Shown here: positions 14,039 to 24,754 of the stretch, one piece after another
How the letters are laid out: each line of letters opens with the position of its first letter
How positions within the stretch are numbered: position 1 is the first letter of the stretch
Assembly (NCBI GenBank): GCA_964106645.2
Contig: OZ067041.1
DNA from: Podarcis pityusensis
Lineage: Eukaryota
Length of the DNA: 64,000 bases
Direction: 5' to 3' (one strand)
Translations under genes and position numbers: made by a program
The notes under the pieces: generated by a model
The model's database searches: none
Told to the model about the DNA's origin: nothing
What the model saw: the letters and a program-made list of their open reading frames with translations, nothing else

Positions 14039-14225
14039 ATCAAAAGTACTTTGTCTCCATTTCTTACCTTTAAGGAATATATGGACTTCCTGACACTTCT
14101 CTGTGGCAGTATTGCCATCTAAATTGCTGTCTGAACTTAGTTTCTTTGACAACACTGTTCAAGCCAACGTTTGCGTTTTATCGGTGGCTTATGGCAACAT
14201 CTTTGTGAACTGAAAACCTGTGAAC

Positions 14226-14496
14226 TGTCAAGGACGGGCAGGAGTCCGAGAGCTGGGCAGAGGAGGTAGGAGAGCAGGAGGATGATCTTAGGGAAGACAC
14301 CAGTGATTTGTCGGGTTCTTTGCCACCGGTGAGGCAGGAGGAAGAGAGAGAGGAAGAATCTGGGCAGTCAGAGAAGTGGGGGAAGAGTTGCAGGAAGACA
14401 GAGTCCCAGAGAGAGCTGGGCCATTAAACTCTCCCTGGTCTCCTCCCCTGTTGTTTCCAAGGATAGTACTCATTTTATGTCTGCTTGAGCCTGACA
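14226..14496. mobile_element. Putative solo LTR (Gypsy/ERV-like)
   Basis: Begins TGTCA, ends CCTGACA; purine/G-rich body sharply distinct from flanks; no TSD seen. Confidence 0.5.
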
Positions 14497-17419
14497 TATA
14501 GCCCACACAGTCAATCCTTTGAGAAAGTCACTGTAGAACAGAGTAAAATTCTTAAAAGTTGTATAATATGTATAATGAAATACAAAGCTACAGTCAGAGA
14601 AATAGCTGGCACCTGCAGCTACCAAGATGCACCAGTACCTCACACTTCTGATTATTTCAGTGTTTTGTTATTCTTACAAGCTTTAAATACACAGCCAGTT
14701 TGTAAAACTTTTTCACTCAAATTGCAGAGCTGCTGCATGTAGTGTTCAAGGTACTTTTCCAATTAGGATCTGGTTGTTGCAACATCCAAAGCCCCTACAA
14801 GTGGAATTATTGCATGTGAATATATAACCAACAGGCTTAAGTCTAATTAATGCATGAAGGGGTTAAGACCATGGAGTAAGCTATACTGCCAGGCTTTACC
14901 TAGGTCACTCTGCCTCACCTTGGGAGGAAGGTAATCAAGCCTATTGTTGAACCTCTAGTCTACCTGATGAATTCAGCATGTGAAGAGGCAAAGTTGGTTG
15001 GTCCAGCTGGTTGGTCCAGTTTAGCCACATGTATCTCACAAGCCATTCTTGTGTTCCTATACCAATAATTTAGGAACTTTTACTACTTTTTGACTAAGCC
15101 AAGTTTTACTGTTTGTGCAACCTTTCTGACTCCTAGTTTTCACCATTACCTCCACCTCCGTATTGTTCTAGAAGGTTCCCAGTCCATTAGGACAAGCTTT
15201 TTAGGTTGCTCAGGGGCTGCATTCGATAGAAAGAATAGGAAATTTTTTAGTGCTTTGCCTTGTGTGAGCAGAAATAATTCCCACTAGTGCTATCATAGGA
15301 TATAACCAATGTTATCCATTTATGTACCCATTTGGGAACTTGCTTAGAGTCTCTGTAGATGAATGTTTAGCTTCTAAACTATGTCAGGTTCATATAATAA
15401 GAAGTTGGACTTAAGGCCCAGGGTTCCAGCTGGAAAAGTCTCAAGAATCTTAATTAGAACAACAAAACACCATTGCATAATAACCCTATGTTTTTATTTC
15501 AAATTTTGGAAGGAGAAAATTGCTTACTGCCATTAAAGCTCTAAAAGCATTGGCTTGGCTTCTTGCATAACTAGTCAGCCAACTACTAGCGATACTAGTG
15601 TGAAAACAGAATAGGAAATAAAAGAAAACATGTATGTCTTTTTGGAGATGTGATCAGCAATGCCTGGAAGAGCAACTAATGGTGCTTATTTATAAATTTG
15701 GATTTTGTTGTTAAAGGAGACTTGTTGCTGGGGAAGGGGTTGATTCTATTCATTGAAGGAAAAATCAGTTGTTTTATATATATATTCCGACCACAATGAG
15801 TTTTGAAGGTGCTTTATTCGGAGCCTTTATCAATCTTACACTAAATAATCTGATCAGTATTCCGTCTTACCCTGAAAAGAGCAAATAAAGCATAACTCTT
15901 TGGGGATTAATTTACTATAGCCTGAAGCAGTAATGCTTCCCTGACAAACATTTTGTTGAATAAGCAGCATCATACCATCTGTTGACAGCTTGTACTTGTT
16001 ACAGTAGCCAATGTCCAGGTGTGGTCTTCAGTGGCCAGTTTTTGGTCACTGAAATGCAAAGATTCCTGGATCCATTACATAATGTGGATAGAGTGTCAAA
16101 AAGTGTTTGTTTCACAGTGTTTCAAAAGAAGGCTAATGTTTTGTACTGGCAATTTATTATTGGTAACTGTCATTCATGCTATACTAGTCTTGAGGACTGC
16201 AGTCATCTATTATGCATGAGGCTAACTTGAATCTGAAAATGTAGGGCTACCTGTGATGCAAGATTTAGATAATTGTTTCTGCTGCTGCTGTGCTGTTTGG
16301 GGCTAAACCATGGTTTGGCTTTGTATTTTGTGTAACCCTGTTGTGCCACCCCAATGTTTGCAGAACATTTCTTGCTTCCATTGGGGAATGCTAGGCATTA
16401 ATATATTTTGGAATAGATATGAGTTTTTTGGAAGAAATTTTGCAGCTACAGTTATGCAAGTATGGTATATGTGCTATATTTTCAAACAAGCGCACATTGC
16501 TATTCGATGAGGGGTCTCAAGGACAGGATCTAAATCAACATAATGGGTCATATGTTATATTTAGAAAAAACCACATTTGTTAATTTTTATTGTAGTACAT
16601 GTAGTATTATGAGCTGATACTAATAGCGGGAAATCAGTTCTATCAGTTGTTTGGTCTCCTTCCAAACAGTTAACAAAGATTTTAATGGCTCCTTCAAACA
16701 ACCAAACAACCAAAAATAAAAATAAAATCTCCATCCACATCTCATTGCAGTATTTCCTAATAGTGAGCATAACTATTACCCGTATCTTTACAGGTGTATT
16801 AGGAAAGTGACCAACACAAGCAATGTACAAAATAATAATATATTCTAGATTTTTAATGTAATATTTATAGATAAGGAAGTACCAAAATGTGCAATCCTTG
16901 TAGCAAATGAATCCTGCTACTCTCACCAATATTACTCTTGACTGTATGTAAATGAACATCTATGACACTAGTCACAATTTAAGTAGTCTTAGAAGTTCAT
17001 ATACTTTAAATGAACGGTTAACAATGAATCTAGAGCACATAAACTTTGAATGACTTGTAACAAGAATTGACGATTCAGTATATTCAATTAGTCTTTCAAA
17101 GGCATTTATTTGTTCAGCTTTCCCCTCTAAATGGTAAAGAGAATGCTAATCATAAGCTGTTGAAACTTGTCAGCATTAGCATTCAAAATACTATGCCCCT
17201 GCTTTTCTTTAAAGGTCTTTGGTTAAAGTCATTACATGTTTTCACTAGCACATTCATAAATTATTCTGAGATAAAGAAAAATGGCTTGGCACAGCCAATT
17301 CACTTCCAGATTGATGCTCAGCTTTTTTAAGGGGTGACTTTGTTTTTACAGAAGGTTGATTCACACATTTATCTCCATTTTCTATAGCAAGCTGGTTCCA
17401 ACGGTTCTGAATTGGATCT

Positions 17420-17447
17420 TGTGTGTGTGTGTGTGTGTGTGTGTGTG
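17420..17447. repeat. (TG)14 microsatellite
   Basis: Direct reading. Confidence 0.97.
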
Positions 17448-17533
17448 CTTGCACACACTATCTCTCATAATCATTCCTATACAGAAATATAAATCTATAC
17501 AGATACTTGTGTTTCATTTTCATGCAAGTGGGA

Positions 17534-17601
17534 CCAGAGTGGCTGGGGCAACCCAGTCATATGGGCAGGGTACTACTACTAGTGCTGCTATTGCTACTAC
17601 T
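17534..17601 (+). mobile_element. 5'-truncated LINE 3' tail (CCAGAGTGGCTGGGGCAACCCAGTC...GGGT + simple repeat)
   Basis: Same tail recurs at ~28295-28357 (+) and ~59394-59462 (-), each ending in a short trinucleotide or A-rich tail. Confidence 0.65.
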
Positions 17602-19222
17602 ATGTTGTCATGGGGAGTGTCTCTATTTAGTGTTCCAATATACACCTTTCCATATCCCCCCTTTTTTTTTCAACTTCCAACAGATAATCGGTATCAGACA
17701 ATACACTAATAAGAGTGTCTAGTTTTCATTAGTCTATTTCAGGGTGCTTTGATGTCTTAAGCCCTCCCCCTTTTAATATATGTTTACTTTTCTGCAGCTT
17801 TTGGTTCCCCCAGACTAGCTTATATCTTTTTCTTGCTTGTGGTAATTCATTTGGCTACATGAGAACATTAATTTGGAAAACAATTTCCTTATTAGTATAC
17901 ATGATATGCTTTTATTGTACATTTATGTGAATGCAGGTTAGATTATTTGTAGTATCTTCATACTTTATGTGTGCATTCAAGGCAAAGTCATTTTCCTACT
18001 TACATCCCATTTTATTTTAATAGCTACTCCTTTACTTTTATCATTTGCTTTTCTATTGCAGTTGCCAAATCTAAAAAAAAAGTCCCCATCGTATGCTGTT
18101 GCCTTTAAATACCAGTCTGCTGCAGCATGCCATTCAACTTATTAAAATCTGATTCATGTGGTGCCAAGTTTAATCGCAAGGTTTGTGCTGGGCCAAGTAT
18201 ATCCATCAAGAAAAGAAAAATAGGAACCTCCCATGGGGAGGGTTGGATAGCTAAATTCTGTGAGCTTAGTTAACTTCAGTCTGCCCTGATTCTAAAGGAT
18301 TGCTGCTGTCCACTTTCTTAGCATACCCATTTTTATTTCCTTCTAAATGGACAAGGGGCATGAGTTTAAATATATGAGCTAATAGGGCTTCCGTGGTCCA
18401 ATCCACTAATTAGACTATCTTGCCCAGATGGTATTTAGCCTTTCTTTTTGGTAGAAAAAGCATGTGGTAATCATATTCATGAATTTTTATAAGCTCAAAC
18501 ATGCTACTAAAGGTTTAGCTTGCATATTTCCCAAACTTGTAGTAAAGCCAGACCACTGGGTGGAAACAAATGTGAATTTTAGTCTATATGCAGAATAGCA
18601 TTCTTACTAAGCTGGTATATAGCACAGGCTAGAGAGAGGGGAAGATATCTCAGTACCTTTTAAGAAGATGTAGTTGTCCCATTTGAGTGTGTATTTTAGA
18701 AATTACTGTGAAAATAGTATGCACCATGTATTATTTTAAATATGTAAGATACTTCTTTTGAATAGACAAAAATCAACTACGCCAACAAATGCAGAGAATG
18801 AACTTAGTCTCTTAACCACATGTGAATAATATTAGTCATTAATTTAAATATACTTTCAAAGGTAAGCAGGTGTCCAGAGAGAGTTAATACTTAGTTAATT
18901 CAGCAGGCCCACCTTATTGTTTTGATTATACCCTTGTAATTCCCCTCTTAAAAAAATTCTGTTAATGTGAATGATCTTGCCACCTGCTGTGTTCTTTAAA
19001 ATAGCCTGCCACAATGTTATAGACAATACCCCCAAAAGAGTAATGTTTGCTTTTCTTCATTTAGCAATTGAGGAGACTAGTTTGCTTTGTTTAAAGGGTG
19101 ACAGGTAAATAAACAAATAATATTTAAAATAAACAAGAAACACAAGAAAAAGAAACTTCTCTAGACATTAAAGGATTTTACCCACCAACAGTTTTTAGCA
19201 GCATGGTAAGTGCTAGCACGCT

Positions 19223-19577
19223 GGGAGGCGGGTGGTGCTGTGGGTTAAACCACAGAGCCTAGGACTTGCCAATCAGGAGATCGGCGGTTCGAATCCCTGC
19301 AACAGGGTGAGCTCCTGTTGCTCGGTCCCAGCTCCTGCCCACCTAGCAGTTCGAAAGCACGTCAAAGTGCAAGTAGATAAATAGGTACCGCTCAGGCGGG
19401 AAGATAAACGGCGTTTCCGTGCACTGCTCTGGTTCGCCAGAAGCAGCTTAGTCATGCTGGCCACATGACCCGGAAGCTGTACGCCGGCTCCCTCGGCAAA
19501 TAAAGCGAGATGAGCGCCGCAACCCCAGAGTTGGCCACGACTGGACCTAATGGTCAGGGGTCCCTTTACCTTTACCT
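19223..19577 (+). mobile_element. Full-length Sauria SINE (Squam1-type, lacertid)
   Basis: tRNA-like head with B-box GGTTCGAATCC; body GCTCCTGCCCACCTAGCAGTTCGAAAGCACGTCAAAGTGCAAGTAGATAAATAGGTACC; (ACCTTT)n tail; TSD TAAGTGCTAGC at 19207-19217 and 19578-19588. Confidence 0.95.
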
Positions 19578-20070
19578 TAAGTGCTAGCCCACCGAAGAAG
19601 TACTTAAACAATCTGCATATTATTTCAGTGCTCCGTTCTGGGGATTTTCACAAGTGTATCTGCACCACAGCCTTGCTCAGCCTGATGGATGACCTCTGTC
19701 TGGAGAGAGATGATAAAAGTGCAGTCCTGTTAATTCTTGATCTTTCAGTGGCTTTTGATACCATCAACCATGGTGTCTTCTTGGGAAAATCTTAATTGGG
19801 GGTGGGACACAAGATGATACAGTGGTTCTACTCCTATCTGCATGACTGGTTCGAGAAAGTAGCATATCTGCTTAACCATATAGCTCTGTTTTTTGTTGCA
19901 TTCTGTCTTATTCCTCATGCTTATTAACATCTATATCTAGCTACTGAGTGAAGTTATCCAGGGATGTGGAGTGAGGTGATATAATTATGGTGATGACCCT
20001 CAGTTCTATTTTTCTTTGTCATATGAATAGGGCGAGGCTTTAGAGAAACTGGTGCCTGGATAGAATAATG

Positions 20071-20373
20071 CAGGGATGTCCAACTCCCAAGAGACTGCGA
20101 TCTACTTCCAGAATAAAAAACTGCCAGTGATGTACCCATGGGGGGGGGGAGCCAAAGTTGTTGAGCGTTTTTAAGGGGGTGTTACACCGTAAATCACTCA
20201 CCATGCAGCCTTAACTCCATCTTCCGTTTTTGCTATCATGCACAAAGGAAGATCAGGGCGAGGGGACAGAGCCGAATGCTCTTTTTCCCCTGCGGAGGAA
20301 AGAGAGACCGCAATCGACCACAGCCACCTGGGGATCGACCTGTCAATCATTGCCGACCAGTTGGACATCCCTG
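20071..20373. mobile_element. hAT MITE nested in the L2 fragment
   Basis: 15-bp perfect TIR CAGGGATGTCCAACT/AGTTGGACATCCCTG; 8-bp TSD GAATAATG (20063-70)/GAATAATC (20374-81). Confidence 0.92.
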
Positions 20374-20631
20374 GAATAATCCATAAGCTGAAGATGAATC
20401 CTGTTAAAATGGAGACATTGGTGGTTCTTGGATCTGCGAAATTTGAGCTTCTTCAGTTTCAGCAGAGTTGCCTTCTCCCTGAAAGAAAAGGTGCACAGTT
20501 TGGGGATACTCCTGGTGGTGGCCGTGGTGCCATGCAAAACCTTTTGCCAATTTCAACTGGTTTCCCAGCTGCAACCGTGTCTGGACAGTTTTGGTATACC
20601 CCTGTTTGAACTACCAGTGTGTCATACATAT

Positions 20632-20688
20632 AATCATAGAATCTTAGAGTTTGAAGAGACCCAAGGGTTATCTAGTCCATCCCCCTGC
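20632..20688 (-). mobile_element. CR1-type 3' tail fragment (SINE or CR1)
   Basis: Reverse complement GCAGGGGGATGGACTAGATAACCC...CAAACTCTAAGATTCTATGATT; ATTCTATG is the CR1 terminal repeat. Confidence 0.8.
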
Positions 20689-20852
20689 GTGGTGCTGCTT
20701 TGAAGGCAACTTAGAAGCTTCAGTTAGTGAAGAATATGACCACCATAATGTTGATTGGTACATCTAGGTCTATGCATATTATGCCAGTTTTAAATGAACT
20801 TTCAATGTCTACTTATTCACTTCTTGCCCAGTTCAAGTTGCAACTTCTTATA

Positions 20853-20960
20853 TAGTCGTACCTTGGTTTTCAAACAGCTTAGTTCACAAACAACTTGGAA
20901 CTCGAACAGTAGGTGTTCCGGTTTGTGAACTTTGTCTCAGAAGCCGAACGTCCGGTGTGA
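20853..20960. mobile_element. Left-end fragment of a Tigger-like MITE
   Basis: TA|TAGTCGTACCTTGGTTTTCAAAC start with repeated (C)GAAC motifs; right end missing. Confidence 0.55.
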
Positions 20961-20962
20961 CT

Positions 20963-21076
20963 TCGGTAGAGCATGATTAAAGCCCCATGTTGGGCAAAAG
21001 ATTCCTGCATTGCAGGAGGTTGGACTAGATGACCCTCATGGTACCTTTCAACTCTACAGTTCTATTATTCTATTAT
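20963..21076 (+). mobile_element. tRNA-Lys-headed SINE with CR1 tail (internally deleted head)
   Basis: TCGGTAGAGCATGA...AGCCCCATGTTGGGC matches vertebrate tRNA-Lys(CTT) pieces, then AAAAGATTCCTGCATTGCAGG..GGACTAGATGACCC..CAACTCTACAGTTCTATTATTCTATT. Confidence 0.8.
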
Positions 21077-21515
21077 TTTTCTTCACCCAGTCATTTTAAT
21101 CTTTTGTGCATATTAAGAATTGAAGGGTTCTCTGCAGTTTGATTTTTGTACCTTGAGTTTGATATAATTGTCTGTACACTGTTCTAGAATTCTAAATAGA
21201 ATAAAGGATGGTATTAAAATGTTTTAAATATAAATACATGTGCAATTAATAGTGATATAGTATTCTTCTTCATTAAGCTTATTAGCCATTTTTTTGACAA
21301 TGCAACCCAAAGCAACTTTCAGCAATAAATAAATAACGTAGCTAAATACCAACACAAAAGTGAGCTTAGAAAAATCTAAATCACATTCATATTTTTAAAA
21401 TGAGGAGTAAAGCATCCCATCTTCTAAAGGAGGCTGCAGGTAATGTAAAGCCAAAGACCTGGCAAAAGGAAGTGTTTTGGTCTGGCACCTTGAGATATTT
21501 AGTTATGGTGTGATG

Positions 21516-21810
21516 TGAGCTTCTTTGGGGTGACCATTCACAAGCAGAAAGCCACCACTGAAAAGGCACATTCTCGTGTTGCCACCCTCTGGACTTTCCA
21601 TGGAGGGGGTCACACAGAGGGTTTCAGATAAGTACTGACTGTAGCACCATTTTAATGTGGAAAATCATTCATTTGATAGCTATCTATATAAAATATTTTC
21701 TCATGGTACTTGTTTGTCAAGTAGAGGTGTTTTAAAACACATTCTCACTATTGCCTGTATGAGTTGACTCCACCTTTTCATTAAAGATATGCCTTCTTGA
21801 GACAAATTGG
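21516..21810 (+). repeat. Source copy of a 295-bp dispersed duplication (second copy 24351-24645)
   Basis: Colinear with no indels; 6 substitutions counted by eye, all transitions. Confidence 0.95.
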
Positions 21811-22982
21811 ATCGAAGGGTGTGGGAGTACAAAGACATAATAAGAAAGCATAATGAGAAATCATTGGAGAAACCGAATGAATAAAGGTCATTACTGCTTG
21901 TTTGTGTTCACTGAAATAGCTGGTTAAAGAAATAATAAATACGTAGAATCATCCGTATCCTTTGGTATAAAATGTCAAAACTAGAGAATACTGAATATTG
22001 TTATCAGAGTTCACTAAGTAAAAGGGTATGTCATCTCATATTAATGTTTAACCTATGTAATTGTTTACATGGCCATTAATCTCTTAGATCTGTTGCAGAA
22101 ATACAGAACGTGAAAAGCAAGGGGAAAGCTCTTTACAAATTTATTATATTAAAAAGGGTTTTTAAATAGGGATGCAGGTAAATCTAGAAGGAGAAGATAA
22201 AAGGTCAGCACAAAGATAGCTATCAGCTGTGGAAAAGAATATTTGATAGAGTCACGACAGATCGCTGATCACTGCGATCAGAACATTGCTTGTGAATAAT
22301 GCAGGCAATCAAGTGAAGACTGATGGGAGAAGTTTGGGACAGCAATCGGAAGCAAGTGAACAGGCATGAGAGAATAATTACTTTAAATGTTGCTTAGAAA
22401 GATGTTAGACAAAATGCTTGGATTCTAGAAGACAGCTTCTGTCAAAAGCAAATGCCAATGACTGTAGTTTCAGGGAATGGCAATTTTATTTAATGTTGAG
22501 GGGAAATGAATCACTGTTTGTTTAGTTTTAACTTACCGAGCAACATTTTGAAATCCTTCATAAAAATCTGAAATCTTTTCTTTCATAGGGAGCAAAGCTA
22601 CCCTTGTCAATATGACATTACTTTCTCCCAGTTATCCCTTTTTCATAAAAAAAATGGGTTTGCTGAATATCTGACTATTAATTTGATTGCCTAACACAAA
22701 AAATCCATGAGGAATATATGTTTCTGTGCTAACTATTACTGGCTATTTAGGCAGGAAATTATGATATGAAATACAATATATATGGGGCTATTGAAAAAAT
22801 ACCATAGTAAAACTCATTCTTGCTGTTCTGATTAATGGAAATTTTAATGGAGTCTATGTTTATGAACAATGTTCAGGACACTGTAACTGCTAAATAAGTA
22901 TTTTGACCTAGCAGAAGGTAAAGAAGAAAGATGTGTAAGATACAAAAGCTAACATTTGTTGTTTCTTGTATTTTGGGTTCCA

Positions 22983-23134
22983 GACACAATGGGTCAGTGT
23001 GTCTGGCTGTTAATTGGAAGGTTGGTGGTTTGAGCCAACCCAGGGGTGGCTGGGGGCAGGATTCCTGCATCGCAGGGGGCTGGACTAGATGACCCTTGGG
23101 GGTACCTTCCAACTCTGCAATTCTTTAATTCCAT
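22983..23134 (+). mobile_element. tRNA-Asn-headed SINE with CR1 tail
   Basis: Head GACACAATGGGTCAGTGTGTCTGGCTGTTAATTGGAAGGTTGGTGGTTTGAGCCAACCCAGGG aligns to tRNA-Asn(GTT) with CpG decay; same GATTCCTGCAT..GGACTAGATGACCC..CCTTCCAACTCT tail as 20963 and 50584. Confidence 0.82.
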
Positions 23135-23213
23135 GGAAACATATTAGTCACCATTCAAACAAACAAACAAAAAAAGATTCAAGGCATAATATATCAAAAA
23201 CTTCTGGAGGAGT

Positions 23214-23462
23214 AAAAATAATTAAAGAAATTTTTAAAAAATGAAGTCTAGTAGCACCTTAGAAACCAACTAGGTTTGTTCTAGGTATGAGCTTTCAGAG
23301 TATCTGAAGAAGTGTGCATGCACACGCAAGCTCATACCTAGAACAAACTTAATTGGTCTCTAAGGTGCTACTAGACTATTTTTTAATTTGTTAAATCTTT
23401 TTTTAATTTTTTAATTATTTTGCCTGCGTCAGACCAACACTGCTACCTACCTGAATCTAGAA
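23214..23462 (+). mobile_element. Penelope-like retroelement terminal remnant with inverted (hairpin) 5' portion
   Basis: Inverted arms AGTCTAGTAGCACCTTAGAAACCAACTAGGTTTGTTCTAGGTATGAGCTT / AAGCTCATACCTAGAACAAACTTAATTGGTCTCTAAGGTGCTACTAGACT (23245-23377), extending into AT-rich flanks; 12-bp TSD TTCTGGAGGAGT at 23202-13 and 23463-74; hammerhead core inside. Confidence 0.85.
23300..23337 (+). ncRNA. Minimal type I hammerhead ribozyme relic (core mutated, GAAA>GCAA)
   Basis: GTAT-CTGAAGA-A-GTGTGC-AT-GCACAC-GCAA-GCTC-ATAC: stem I GTAT/ATAC, CUGANGA box, 6-bp stem II, NUH=CUC. Confidence 0.7.
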
Positions 23463-23474
23463 TTCTGGAGGAGT

Positions 23475-24170
23475 GGAAGGGTACTGAAACGGGTGTCACG
23501 GATCAAACATCTAGGTCTCTGACACAGAAGGTGGTCAGGTCCTCTATTCCCATTATACCTTCTCCTATCCAGCACCACTGATGTTGGGGCAGCATCCTTG
23601 CAACTCCCACCCATGCATATCTTAGGTCTGTCATCGTCCAGTATCACCATATACAATGGGTAGAGTAGAGCCACAGATAGTAATGCCACTGCTACATTCC
23701 TCCCACTGTCTCTCACTCAGAAAGAAACCAAATTCCCCTTTCCTGTCATCCTGGTAAGGATCACAAGCAGTTGCCCACAGGTCCTTATCCTTATGTGAAC
23801 AGGAGCACCCCTGTCCCTGAAGGGGTGACCCCACCATGATAGTTGAGCCCTGTGCCCATGGCAACTCTGTCCTATAGGAAGGCAGGCTCTGGAGCACACC
23901 CATATCTCAGCTGTATCCACTCAGCTAGCAATCCAGCAATACCATACACTGCAATCATACAGAAAGATCTCTTATCCAGGCAGGCAGCAACCACACCAAA
24001 AGAGATAAACTCCAGACTGATGCAGGCAAAACACATGCATTATTGTTGACTGGGAACACATACTATGCAGAGGCCAGGATGGGGCCAACCAACCCTTCCC
24101 TGCTTCAGTATGCCTTGCCAAAAGAAGCTGAGAGTAGCTTCTGGTTTTCCAGATTCTCATAACCTGGAAG
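23475..24170 (-). mobile_element. Possible highly decayed 5' part of an L2-like LINE
   Basis: GC-richer block; minus ORF 23447-23716 has 'APTSVVLDRRRYNGNRG..RPRCL', reminiscent of the segment upstream of the endonuclease in squamate L2s (from recollection only). Confidence 0.3.
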
Positions 24171-24230
24171 TGGTCAGAAAGGATGGTGGTGACTAGCTGT
24201 AATCTCTGCCAATTAGGATTATTTCAACTA

Positions 24231-24754
24231 TGGGGCAGTGTTTTTGATCTATTTCAGTGTTAGATGAAGTTGCATGTGTTGTGGTAGACACTCTGTTAGC
24301 ACATCAGTTATTAGACTAGCCTATTAACCTGAGTAAATTCTATCTATATATGAGCTTCCTTGGGGTGATCATTCACAAGCAGAAAGCCACCACTGAAAAG
24401 GCACATTCTCGTGTTGCCACCCTCTGGACTTTCCATGGAGGGGGTCACACAGAGGGTTTCAGATGAGTACTGACTGTAGCACCACTTTAATGTGGAAAAT
24501 CATTCATTTGATAGCTATCTATATAAAATATTTTCTCATGGTACTTGTTTGTCAAGTAGAGGTGTTTTAAAACACATTCTCACTATTACCTGTATGAGTT
24601 GACTCTACCTTTTCATTAAAGATATGCCTTCTTGAGACAAATTGGGGCAGTGTTTTTGATCTACTTCAGTGTTAGATGAAGTTGCATGTGTTGTGGTAGA
24701 CACTCTGTTAGCACATCAGTTATTAGAATTTACTCAGGTTAATAGTCTAGTCTA
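24231..24754. repeat. Complex local rearrangement: A - inv(B) - 295-bp insert - A - B
   Basis: A = 24231-24315 and 24643-24727 (85 bp, 1 mismatch); 24312-24342 is the reverse complement of 24724-24754 (1 mismatch); insert 24351-24645 copies 21516-21810. Confidence 0.95.

Larger units (their letters stand above)
19650..20845 (+). pseudogene. Decayed L2-clade LINE ORF2 (reverse transcriptase), interrupted by younger insertions
   Basis: Motifs in the expected order: TALLSLMDDL..LLILDLSVAFDTINH (19736), WFYSYL, YGDDPQFYF (19986, cf. YADDTQLY), KLKMNPVKME (cf. LKLNPDKTE), LKEKVHSLGILL, KLQLVKN, HIMPVLNEL; stops and frameshifts. Confidence 0.88.

Noticed and set aside
22983-23050. Functional tRNA-Asn gene
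   Set aside because: 5' acceptor stem is lost, the B-box is mutated (GGTTTGAG), and it is fused to a CR1 tail, so it is a SINE head
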